From assembly GCA_963735035.1 (NCBI GenBank), contig CAVTJJ010000004.1:960001-1024000 (forward strand): a stretch of DNA of 64,000 nt, written 5' to 3'. The DNA is from an uncultured candidate division Zixibacteria bacterium (GTDB taxonomy: Bacteria > Zixibacteria > MSB-5A5 > GN15 > FEB-12). Positions 11,041 through 19,642 of this stretch are shown here, one piece after another (positions within the stretch are counted from its first letter, which is position 1; each line of letters begins with the position of its first letter). Both the position numbers and the translations under genes were made by a program. The notes beneath the pieces are model-generated. The model saw only the letters and a list, made by a program, of their open reading frames with translations, did no database searches and was not told the DNA's origin.

Positions 11041-12468
11041 ATGCTTTCAACATTGATACAAAAAGAACTCAAGGCCATCATTCAGAGTCCCAAGTTCGTC
11101 GGGTCGTTTGCGGTTTGCTCGATACTGATTCTGCTGTCGATCTTTACCGGCATTCGTGAATACAAAGCCGCCGTGAAACAGTATGACGCCGCTTCCACGC
11201 TCGTGGATGAACAACTGCGCCAGGAGAAGTCCTGGGCTCATTTTAGTACGAAGACCTATCGAGCCCCCGATCCGATGCAGGTATTCGTCTCCGGCCTGAG
11301 CTATGATATCGGTCGCTGGTCCAATATCTCTTCCAGGGATGGCGTCAAACTGCTGCACAGCGCTTATTCCGATGACCCAATCTTTGCGGTCTTCCGCATT
11401 ATCGATTTCTCATTTATCGTTATGTTCGTGCTGTCATTGATGGCCATACAGTTCACCTATGATGCGGTCAATGGAGAGCGAGAGTCCGGCACCCTAAAGC
11501 TGGTTTTCTCCAACTCCGTCCCGAGGGCAAAGTATTTGTTTGCCAAGTGTGCCGGTTCCTGGCTTGGCCTGGTTGCGCCGCTGGGAATCCCGGTCTTGAT
11601 CGCCCTCTTGATGGTAATTGGAGCGGGGGTGCCTATGACTTTCGGGCACTGGATGAAAGTCGGCGTTCTGCTCGGACTCTCGCTTCTCCTATTCACGGTC
11701 TTCATATTACTCGGAGTGTTGGTATCTACTATCACACGACGCTCCTCAGTTTCATTTCTGGTGGCGCTCCTGCTCTGGGTAGCGTTTGTGATGATCATTC
11801 CGAGATCGGGCGTCATGGCGGCGGGCGGATTGGTGGATGTGCCCCGCGCGACCGAGATCGAGGCTCAACGTGACGCCTTTGTCAACGAGAAATGGCAGGG
11901 ATACATCGGTACTGTCAATACGCGATGTCCGGTCAAAGGGACACTCGAGCACAACGCCGATAGCCGGGATACGCTCAAGGAGGCGATGGATGCCGAAATT
12001 GAAGCCTATGATACGCAATTGCGAGAAGGATTCCGCCAGCGTAAGATCCAGCAGGAGAGTGTTGCCTGGAGCCTGGCTCGACTGTCGCCCGCATCGGCGT
12101 ACCAGTTGGCGGCCATGTCCCTCGCGGGCACCGATACGGAATCCAAGGCTCGAAACGAAGATGCCATGAATCGCTATCGAAGAGAGCTAAACAAGTACAC
12201 AAGTGACAAACAGGTTGAGACCGGCCAGTCCGGCGGCATCCGCATTTCAGTATCCGTCGACGACAAGGGAGAGGCCAATCTTGCGGTCGACGCCTCTCGT
12301 GCCCGAGACGGACTCAACACGACCGATATGCCTAGATTCAAAGCCCCCGAAGTAAGCCTGGCCGAAGCGATCGGTCCGACCGTTGTAGATTTCGGCATTC
12401 TCGGATTCGACATCTTGTTCATCTTCGCGCTTGCCTTTGTGGCCTTTCTGAAATACGACCTACGATAG
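11041..12468 (+). CDS. ABC-2 type transporter permease, paralogue of the upstream gene
   Basis: VNGERESGTLKL motif, same architecture, ends FLKYDLR. Confidence 0.9.
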   Translation: MLSTLIQKELKAIIQSPKFVGSFAVCSILILLSIFTGIREYKAAVKQYDAASTLVDEQLRQEKSWAHFSTKTYRAPDPMQVFVSGLSYDIGRWSNISSRDGVKLLHSAYSDDPIFAVFRIIDFSFIVMFVLSLMAIQFTYDAVNGERESGTLKLVFSNSVPRAKYLFAKCAGSWLGLVAPLGIPVLIALLMVIGAGVPMTFGHWMKVGVLLGLSLLLFTVFILLGVLVSTITRRSSVSFLVALLLWVAFVMIIPRSGVMAAGGLVDVPRATEIEAQRDAFVNEKWQGYIGTVNTRCPVKGTLEHNADSRDTLKEAMDAEIEAYDTQLREGFRQRKIQQESVAWSLARLSPASAYQLAAMSLAGTDTESKARNEDAMNRYRRELNKYTSDKQVETGQSGGIRISVSVDDKGEANLAVDASRARDGLNTTDMPRFKAPEVSLAEAIGPTVVDFGILGFDILFIFALAFVAFLKYDLR

Positions 12469-12716
12469 TCTGCCCCCAACCGCGCACACCGGCTCGGCTT
12501 TCCAGACTTGGCTGGGCCGGTGTCGCACCCATTCCCCAAATACACCGATTGACGGTGACGCTGTCTACCTGTATATTGAAATGTGTTTACGTGGCCGGTC
12601 GGTCCGAATTCCACGCAGCCCGCTTCTCTAACTTACTGTAGGTCGTCGCACGGAGCGAAAATTCTGCGCGAGAACTGTGCCGACTCAAAGCGGCGATGAA
12701 CGCGTCAGGAGGACAT

Positions 12717-14033
12717 ATGCGAGTCAGAAATTCCTTGAGGGCGATTGTTATCTTTTGCGCCCTAATCATGTCAACCCCGTCTGTCTTGATTGCCGGCGGC
12801 GGTGAATTTCACCGTGTACCGGCCGGCCCAAAGAACGAGACTGCTATTGCTAAGAATGCCCTTGCCGGATGTGAACTCCTCCGACACTGGGTCGATGATA
12901 CCATTCTTGGTTACAGTTCCTCGTACGAGACCGGCGAGCGCACTGTTACCTATTTCGACCCGGCTGCGTGCGGATCGGGGCCATATCCGTTCAGCATCAC
13001 CGGCTTTTCGTTCACTCTGCTTGACCCTCTGAACATCTACGATTCCAGAACCTACAAATGGCCGGTGCAACTGGCGGTGGTAGTCTACGATATGTATTCG
13101 CCCGCCGACAGTTGCCTCGGGCCGGGTATGGAATTGTATCGCCTTCCGGTCTTGTGCGACTCTGCTTCGTTCGCCTATCCGGCCGTCGGCCAGGTGACAT
13201 TTCCAGCCCCGCTCTGTGTCGACCGTCCGTTCTACATAGGCATCGAATACACGGATACTTTCACTGGTTTATTGCCGTCAGTGATGTTCGATGTCAGCTC
13301 GCACCCCGGGCTTTGTCACATTTACCAGTATTTCATGAACAACTGGTACGGTTGGTATTATTTCTGGCCCGACCCAAACCACATGCCCGGCTTTCCCTTC
13401 TACTGGGTCCAGGGGGAGACGCAAGCGGTAAGCTGTCTTCCCGATGCCGACTTGGATGGCGTCCCTGATTCCGAGGACAACTGCCCGTCGGTTGCTAATC
13501 CCGATCAAGCGGACAACGACGCCGATGGTCTGGGCAATGCCTGTGATAATTGTCCGTCCATTGCAAATCTGGATCAAGTCGATAGCGACTCCGACGGTGT
13601 GGGTGACGCCTGCGACAATTGCCCCTCGGTCACCAATCCGGAACAGCATGATAACGACCATGACGGACTCGGTGATGTGTGTGACCCCGACGACGATAAT
13701 GACGGGGTGCCGGACGCCTCGGACAATTGTCCGATGGTGGCCAATCCAGCGCAGGAGGACGCGAACGCCAACGGTATCGGCGATGCCTGCGAATGTCTGG
13801 GGACTACTGGTAACGCCAACTGTGATCCGGCGGACGACGTGACAATCGGCGATATATCTATGTTGATCGACCACCTATTCATTAGTGGAGTCGATCTATG
13901 TTCGATCCCGGAAGCGGATGTCAACCAGTCGGGTGGTGTTGCGCCGACTTACGATGATATTACTATCGGTGACATCTCGATGTTGATCGATCATTTGTTT
14001 ATGTCGAATATCCCTCTGCCGAATTGCCTGTAG
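12717..14033 (+). CDS. Secreted protein with thrombospondin type-3 repeats and a C-terminal dockerin-like domain
   Basis: AGGAGG RBS before ATG 12717, signal peptide, DxDxDGVxDxxDNCP repeats, ends [11 protein letters not shown]…EADVNQSGG…LPNCL. Confidence 0.85.
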   Translation: MRVRNSLRAIVIFCALIMSTPSVLIAGGGEFHRVPAGPKNETAIAKNALAGCELLRHWVDDTILGYSSSYETGERTVTYFDPAACGSGPYPFSITGFSFTLLDPLNIYDSRTYKWPVQLAVVVYDMYSPADSCLGPGMELYRLPVLCDSASFAYPAVGQVTFPAPLCVDRPFYIGIEYTDTFTGLLPSVMFDVSSHPGLCHIYQYFMNNWYGWYYFWPDPNHMPGFPFYWVQGETQAVSCLPDADLDGVPDSEDNCPSVANPDQADNDADGLGNACDNCPSIANLDQVDSDSDGVGDACDNCPSVTNPEQHDNDHDGLGDVCDPDDDNDGVPDASDNCPMVANPAQEDANANGIGDACECLGTTGNANCDPADDVTIGDISMLIDHLFISGVDLCSIPEADVNQSGGVAPTYDDITIGDISMLIDHLFMSNIPLPNCL

Positions 14034-14077
14034 CCATGGGTGGTTCACCATTTAGGGTGGGGGACAAGCACCAGTCG

Positions 14078-14280
14078 GTCAGGAGCCCTTAGGCTCCTGA
14101 CAACACAGGACAATATCTCGCGATGTCGGGATGGCAAGCATCCCGACCTGCCAAGCTGTTGAAAAACTGCTCGAATGTTGTTGCGGCAGGTCTTGCGTCG
14201 CCGAAGGCGGCGTGTGACCTGCCGCGTTGCATTATTGCGCGAAGACAACATTGTCAGGAGGCTAAGGCCTCCTGATCTAC
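14078..14280. repeat. Cluster of REP-like hairpins between convergent genes
   Basis: GTCAGGAGCC…GGCTCCTGAC, GTCGGGATG…CATCCCGAC, GCGGCAGGTC…GACCTGCCGC (related copy at about 19576-19632), GTCAGGAGG…CCTCCTGATCTAC. Confidence 0.7.
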
Positions 14281-14291
14281 TCTTCCTAATC

Positions 14292-14420
14292 GTCATTGCG
14301 AGCGGAGATGGCACGCCGCCAGGCGGGACAGCGTAGCGCGGCAATCTCAAGTTGGTTGTGGTAGCGTCATTTGAGATCGCCACGTCTCGCCCGCGAGGCG
14401 CGGTCGAGACTCGCGATGAC
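14292..14420. repeat. Inverted dimer of the GTCATTGCGAG…GCAATCTC repeat, gene-less copy
   Basis: Left unit 14292-14348, right unit 14373-14420; the right unit differs from 4443-4490 at one position. Confidence 0.85.
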
Positions 14421-14441
14421 GGGATAGCACGGTCGCGCCAG

Positions 14442-14954
14442 TCAGCGCGTCGTTACCTTCGTCTTTCGCACTACCCTACTGCGGTAGCCGGTCTTGCTGT
14501 TCAATTCGAGATAGTTGTAGATGGCTATGTCCTGATCGATGAACGACACGACATTGTTGACTTCGCGGGCCACGACGGCCGCTTTGCGCAGGGTCGAGAT
14601 TTCTTCTTTGATGTTGACTTCGGCCAGAAATTCGGGGCTGCCCGTCTCCATGAAGACAATGGCTACGATGTAGCGGTCGAGATAACGGGCGTCGTGGTAG
14701 ATGTCTTCACTCCGAAGCATCTTCACGGCCTTTTCGGCTATCCGAACGAGCGGCAGGCGGTAGTCGAGGCTGACCTTGAACGTGATCAGGTAATGTCCGG
14801 ACCCAAGGTCTTTGACGCGTTCGTCGCGGGTATATTCAAACAAACCGCGGGCGGCCTGGAGGGCCTCCCGTGGTCCCGCGGCTTCGAGAAACGCGCGGCC
14901 AAAGTTCCGGCAGAACTCGACCACGCCTTCATTGAAATTTACTTTGTAAATCAT
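14442..14954 (-). CDS. Hypothetical protein
   Basis: 170-aa ORF with ATG start, co-oriented directly after the peptidase gene; no recognised motif. Confidence 0.6.
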   Translation of the reverse strand: MIYKVNFNEGVVEFCRNFGRAFLEAAGPREALQAARGLFEYTRDERVKDLGSGHYLITFKVSLDYRLPLVRIAEKAVKMLRSEDIYHDARYLDRYIVAIVFMETGSPEFLAEVNIKEEISTLRKAAVVAREVNNVVSFIDQDIAIYNYLELNSKTGYRSRVVRKTKVTTR

Positions 14955-14987
14955 GGCCTATAACGGATTATCGGCGATTGGAGGGGG

Positions 14988-15614
14988 CTACTTGACCGCG
15001 GACGTGTCGCGGTCGCCATGCCAAGACCAATGCCACGGCTCCCAGAAGCCGTCATGGTCGGGTCTTTTCGGCATGGTTTCGTAGAAGCCAAACCGGGAGG
15101 CGTTTAGTTTCAACCAGCGATATATTTTCGACGAGGCAAAAGTTATCTCGCTGGGCGCCAGATCAAGCGCCCGACCGGTATGATGTTCCGAGTATCCCGG
15201 CGGAGCCACCGACAAGAGAACCTCACGAAACGTTTTCCCGGTCGCCATTCGGTCACGGATGATCTTGCGCTGATACGAAAGCGATCGAAACCCCGAATCG
15301 GCGATCAGTTCCACCGAGTCTTTCTTAGCTGCTTCGGCCATTTTTACGAACGCGTCTCGGGTCGACGGCAGCACGGCTATAAGATAGTTATCGAAAGACA
15401 GTGACTTGGGGAGAAGGACCAGGTCACGTTGTCGCGGCAGATCGACCTTGGGGATCGCTTTGCCACACCAGTAGTCGCTGACCGGATAGGTGACCGAATC
15501 GATCTTCACCGAATCCGGGCACGGTTCGGCGAATGCATCAGCTGTAGCGAATACTAACGTAATCGCAATTACGACGGCGATTAGAAGAAGTAAATGTCTG
15601 TCTATCTTGGTCAT
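14988..15614 (-). CDS. M15B family D-Ala-D-Ala carboxypeptidase (VanY-like)
   Basis: SGFRS, APPGYSEHHTGRALD and EPWHW zinc motifs; N-terminal signal or anchor. Confidence 0.92.
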   Translation of the reverse strand: MTKIDRHLLLLIAVVIAITLVFATADAFAEPCPDSVKIDSVTYPVSDYWCGKAIPKVDLPRQRDLVLLPKSLSFDNYLIAVLPSTRDAFVKMAEAAKKDSVELIADSGFRSLSYQRKIIRDRMATGKTFREVLLSVAPPGYSEHHTGRALDLAPSEITFASSKIYRWLKLNASRFGFYETMPKRPDHDGFWEPWHWSWHGDRDTSAVK

Positions 15615-15720
15615 ATCGTCTCTCGTCGAGAGACGAACGATACTTCGAGTGAAGCCAGTTGTCAGCTATAAAGTAGGATCACTACGAAGCTCGATAATGC
15701 GCTACAGCGAGGCGGTTCGG

Positions 15721-16734
15721 CTAGTTGGCCGCACTGTCACGTACCCAGTATCGAACCTGCAGGTAGTACACGCTGCTATCCATCCTCTGTGTGATTGATG
15801 AGTAGTTGTATAGAATTGGTACCTTCACCGCCAGCGTGTCGGTCTGCTCTCTATTGGCATTCTCAAATATTCGATTGGAATTGAACGGTTCCCGTTCAGG
15901 GAAGATAATCAGCCCCTGATCAGGGCGAAATACGTCAACGCGATCGTCTAACTTCCCGTCAGGAATCTTTTCACCCTGCAGGTTATATTGGTCGAGACCG
16001 AGAATTTTGATGAAGGAGGCTTGCACGATGTTATCAACCTTTTGATAATTCAGGCAGGAGACAGTTCCCTCACTGCCAATGGGGCCTTTGAATATTTTGA
16101 GATCGATGTCTTCGCTCCTATCGAACCATGGAATTCTGTAGCAGTTGCGCCACATCAAATTCCAGGCAGGGTTCGTCGGAAAGTTGTCTTTCGGCGTGGG
16201 CTGGACGATCCGCAACGTGTCGCCTTCCGGGCCGGTGTAACCAATCGTATCGATTACTCCGGTGGGAACACCGGGCGAAGAGTAGCGCGTTATCTCCATG
16301 CTGACCCCAATGCCGTAGCGGCGCCCGTTGTAGAACACCAGAGCCACCGGGCAGTGAGCCGTGTCCTGATCGTAGAGCAACTGCCACTGGTCGCGGGTAA
16401 CTTCTATCGTAAGCACGTCTGATGCGTCGTAAGTGTCGCTGAACCCGGGTCCGATATCCATGTACGTCTTCTTGGCGTCTGGATCCCGATAGTCGGGTTG
16501 CTCTTCCCGTACCTTAACATTGACACAATCATACGGGCCGATCTCTCCTGGATAGGCAAGATCGAAAATCCGGCCGTCAGAATACAGGCCGTCTCGCACA
16601 TACTCTGTCTCCCAATGTCCGGACGGCGGATTACTCTTGGTCAGGTTGTTGTCATCCGAACAACCTAACGAACCCAGAGAACATAACAGAGCAATCCAAG
16701 TGGCAAGTCGCTTCGAAATTGTATGGTAGCCCAT
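15721..16734 (-). CDS. Lipoprotein resembling a soluble segment of the T9SS translocon SprA/Sov
   Basis: ATG 16734 with GAGG RBS and lipobox SLGC. Motifs PAWNLMWRNCY, ILGLDQYN…PDGKLD and GLIIFPEREPF recall the SprA N-terminal region. Confidence 0.6.
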   Translation of the reverse strand: MGYHTISKRLATWIALLCSLGSLGCSDDNNLTKSNPPSGHWETEYVRDGLYSDGRIFDLAYPGEIGPYDCVNVKVREEQPDYRDPDAKKTYMDIGPGFSDTYDASDVLTIEVTRDQWQLLYDQDTAHCPVALVFYNGRRYGIGVSMEITRYSSPGVPTGVIDTIGYTGPEGDTLRIVQPTPKDNFPTNPAWNLMWRNCYRIPWFDRSEDIDLKIFKGPIGSEGTVSCLNYQKVDNIVQASFIKILGLDQYNLQGEKIPDGKLDDRVDVFRPDQGLIIFPEREPFNSNRIFENANREQTDTLAVKVPILYNYSSITQRMDSSVYYLQVRYWVRDSAAN

Positions 16735-16997
16735 CACCGCCTCGCACAAGAGTATGTAGATTGTCTGGTCTAATATACATGACCGGCTGAATTTCGCCAA
16801 ATTCCTTTGAATCCAGCCTGTTGAAAAGTATGTGGAACGGCAGCGACCGCAGGCCTAAATTGATGTTGCAACCTCTTGCCGCACAATGTGATAAAGTCGT
16901 CAATCGACCCGAATTTTAGTTGCTTTGTCTTGTGACTGGGGCTACTTTTAAGGCTGTGTTAGAATAAGCTAACCTGTTACGATTTAAGGACCTGCGC

Positions 16998-19427
16998 ATG
17001 AATCTGGACCGCCAACGCATTGAGACCGTCTTCCTCGAAGAGGAGATGAAGTCCTCCTACCTCGACTACTCCATGTCGGTCATTACCAACCGCGCTCTGC
17101 CAGATATACGCGACGGCCTCAAGCCGTCGAATCGCCGCATCCTGGTAGCGATGAACGACCTCGGCCTCGCGCCCGGCAAAGCTTTCCGCAAATGCGCCAA
17201 GATCTGCGGCGATACTTCCGGTAACTACCATCCGCACGGCGAACAGGTAGTGTATCCGACCCTCGTCCGCATGGCGCAGGATTTCAACATGCGCTATCCG
17301 TTGGTGGACGGCCAGGGGAACTTCGGTTCGATCGATGGCGACGAAGCCGCCGCCATGCGATACACTGAAGCACGTTTGACACCAATCGCCATGGAGATGT
17401 TGCTCGATCTCGAAAAAGAGACGGTCGACTTCATGGACAACTACGACGGCACTCTGAAAGAGCCGATCGTGCTTCCGGGAAAATTCCCCAATCTGCTGTG
17501 TAATGGAACGACCGGTATCGCAGTCGGTATGGCGACCTCGATTCCGCCGCACAATCTTCGGGAAATCGCGAAGGCGATTATCACCGTAATCGATGATGCC
17601 GAGTGCACCAATGAAGATCTGATCGAACTGGTGCCGGGTCCGGATTTTCCGACCGGCGGTATCATCAACGGCCGCGAAGGTATCCGTCTGGCGTACACTA
17701 CCGGACGGGGGCACGTGCCTGTCCGCGCCAAGGTCCTGATCGAACACATGCGCAACGGGAAAGAAGCCATCATTGTTGCCGAGCTGCCCTTCCAGGTCAA
17801 CAAATCCAACCTGTTGGAAAAAATTGCAGACCTGGTGCGCGACAAGAAGATTGAGGGGATCTCCGATCTCCGTGATGAATCCGACCGCGATGGTATGCGA
17901 ATTGTTATTGAGCTGAAACGTGACATACAGGCTGACATCGTCCTGAACCAGCTCTACGCCCACACTACTATGCAGACAACGTTTGGCGTGATGATGTTGG
18001 GTTTGGACAAAGGCGTGCCGCGCATGATGACGCTAAAGGAGCTGATCCAGGCGTTCATTGATCACCGGCACGAAGTAGTAACGCGTCGCACCCAGTATCT
18101 CTTGCGCAAAGCGGAAGAGCGGGCGCACATCCTCGAAGGATACAAGATTGCGCTGGATAATATCGACGCCGTTATTGAGCTCATCAGGAAATCGAAAGAC
18201 ACCCCAACCGCCCGCGATGGCTTGATGAAGAAGTTCAAGCTGAGCCAGATTCAGGCCGACGCCATTCTCGATATGCGTCTGGCGCGTCTGACCGGGCTGG
18301 AACGGCAGAAGATCGAAGATGAGTATCTCGACCTGATCAAGCGGATTACCGAATACAAGGCCATTCTCGCCTCCAAGGCGCTGCGAATGCAGATCATCAA
18401 GGACGAAATCGCCGAACTCGAAAAGAACTACGGCGATGACCGTCGCACGGAGATTCAGGACACCGCTGAAGAGTTGACGGTCGAGGATTTGATCGCCGAA
18501 GAGGAAATGGTCATTACCATTTCTCATTTAGGTTATGTAAAGCGGCTTTCCGTATCGGCGTATCGACGGCAGGCGCGCGGCGGGCGCGGCGTTATCGGCA
18601 TCGAGACCAAGGAAGAGGATTTCGCCGAACATATCTTTATCGCTTCGACCCACGACTATATCCTGTTCTTCTCCGATCAGGGGCGCTGCTACTGGGTGAA
18701 GGTGCACGAAATCCCGACCGGCGGCCGTCTTACCAAGGGCAAACCGATCGTAAATATGTGCGAGATGCTCAAGGGTGAGCGCGTGGCTGGATTCGTTCGC
18801 GTGCGCGATTTCAGCGCGGACAAGTTCGTTGTTCTGGCGACCCGTCAGGGCATTATCAAGAAGACCTCGCTCGATGCCTTCTCGCATCCGCGCAAGGCGG
18901 GCGTCGCGGCCATGAACATCGGCGACAGCAAAGACGCTCTGATCGGTGCGACCGTCACCGACGGCAACTTCGAGATGGTTCTGGCCACCCGCAAGGGCAT
19001 GGCGATCCGATTCCCGGAAGAGAAAGTTCGTCCCATGGGCCGCGCCGCTTACGGCGTGAAGGGTGTTGACCTGGCCAAGGGTGACTATGTAATAGGCATG
19101 GTCGCAGTACGTCACGACAGCACCCTGCTGGTCGTGACCGAAAACGGCTATGGCAAGCGGACCTCGATCGAGGATTATCGCGTTACCAACCGGGGCGGCA
19201 AGGGTGTGATCAACGTCAAGGAGTCTGAACGCAACGGCGAGGTGGTCGCCATCAAGGAAGTAATAGACAAAGACGAGTTGATTCTGATCACAAGCAATGG
19301 CATCACCAATCGCCAGGCGGTCAGTCAGATCAAGGTCATCGGCCGCAACACCCAGGGTGTTCGCCTGATCCATCTGGACAAGGGTGATTTGGTCACCGAC
19401 GTCGCAGTCGTGATACAGGAAGAATAG
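16998..19427 (+). CDS. gyrA: DNA gyrase subunit A
   Basis: RALPDIRDGLKP, YHPHGE, AAMRYTE (catalytic Tyr), GyrA-box QARGGRG, C-terminal beta-pinwheel repeats. Confidence 0.97.
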   Translation: MNLDRQRIETVFLEEEMKSSYLDYSMSVITNRALPDIRDGLKPSNRRILVAMNDLGLAPGKAFRKCAKICGDTSGNYHPHGEQVVYPTLVRMAQDFNMRYPLVDGQGNFGSIDGDEAAAMRYTEARLTPIAMEMLLDLEKETVDFMDNYDGTLKEPIVLPGKFPNLLCNGTTGIAVGMATSIPPHNLREIAKAIITVIDDAECTNEDLIELVPGPDFPTGGIINGREGIRLAYTTGRGHVPVRAKVLIEHMRNGKEAIIVAELPFQVNKSNLLEKIADLVRDKKIEGISDLRDESDRDGMRIVIELKRDIQADIVLNQLYAHTTMQTTFGVMMLGLDKGVPRMMTLKELIQAFIDHRHEVVTRRTQYLLRKAEERAHILEGYKIALDNIDAVIELIRKSKDTPTARDGLMKKFKLSQIQADAILDMRLARLTGLERQKIEDEYLDLIKRITEYKAILASKALRMQIIKDEIAELEKNYGDDRRTEIQDTAEELTVEDLIAEEEMVITISHLGYVKRLSVSAYRRQARGGRGVIGIETKEEDFAEHIFIASTHDYILFFSDQGRCYWVKVHEIPTGGRLTKGKPIVNMCEMLKGERVAGFVRVRDFSADKFVVLATRQGIIKKTSLDAFSHPRKAGVAAMNIGDSKDALIGATVTDGNFEMVLATRKGMAIRFPEEKVRPMGRAAYGVKGVDLAKGDYVIGMVAVRHDSTLLVVTENGYGKRTSIEDYRVTNRGGKGVINVKESERNGEVVAIKEVIDKDELILITSNGITNRQAVSQIKVIGRNTQGVRLIHLDKGDLVTDVAVVIQEE

Positions 19428-19460
19428 CGGCTCTGGGAGTGTTGAAAATACTCCACGGTT

Positions 19461-19497
19461 GTCATCGCGAGCCCGCCTCGGCGGGCGTGGCGATCTC
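19461..19497 (+). repeat. Monomer of the GTCATYGCGAG…GCRATCTC repeat
   Basis: GTCATCGCGAGCCCGCCTCGGCGGGCGTGGCGATCTC downstream of gyrA, followed by other REP hairpins up to about 19632. Confidence 0.75.
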
Positions 19498-19642
19498 GTC
19501 CCCGTGTGCCCCTATTCACGGGGCAGACCGGGAGGTCTGCCGCCACAATATTTTGTGATAGAAACTCGCGACGGGTTGCGTCAGATCTTGTCCCCCGCTC
19601 GCCGTCAGCGAGCGGGGGATGTGACCTGCCGCTTCTTGCTAC

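Noticed and set aside
14988..15614. Vancomycin resistance cluster (VanY-like gene, with a VanZ-like gene at 50284)
   Set aside because: The genes are 35 kb apart with no vanHAX or linked vanRS; both families are widespread.
16977..19373. Long antisense ORFs over gyrA, and similar ones such as 45835..47268 and 60095..60958
   Set aside because: Shadow frames of well-supported genes in GC-rich sequence.
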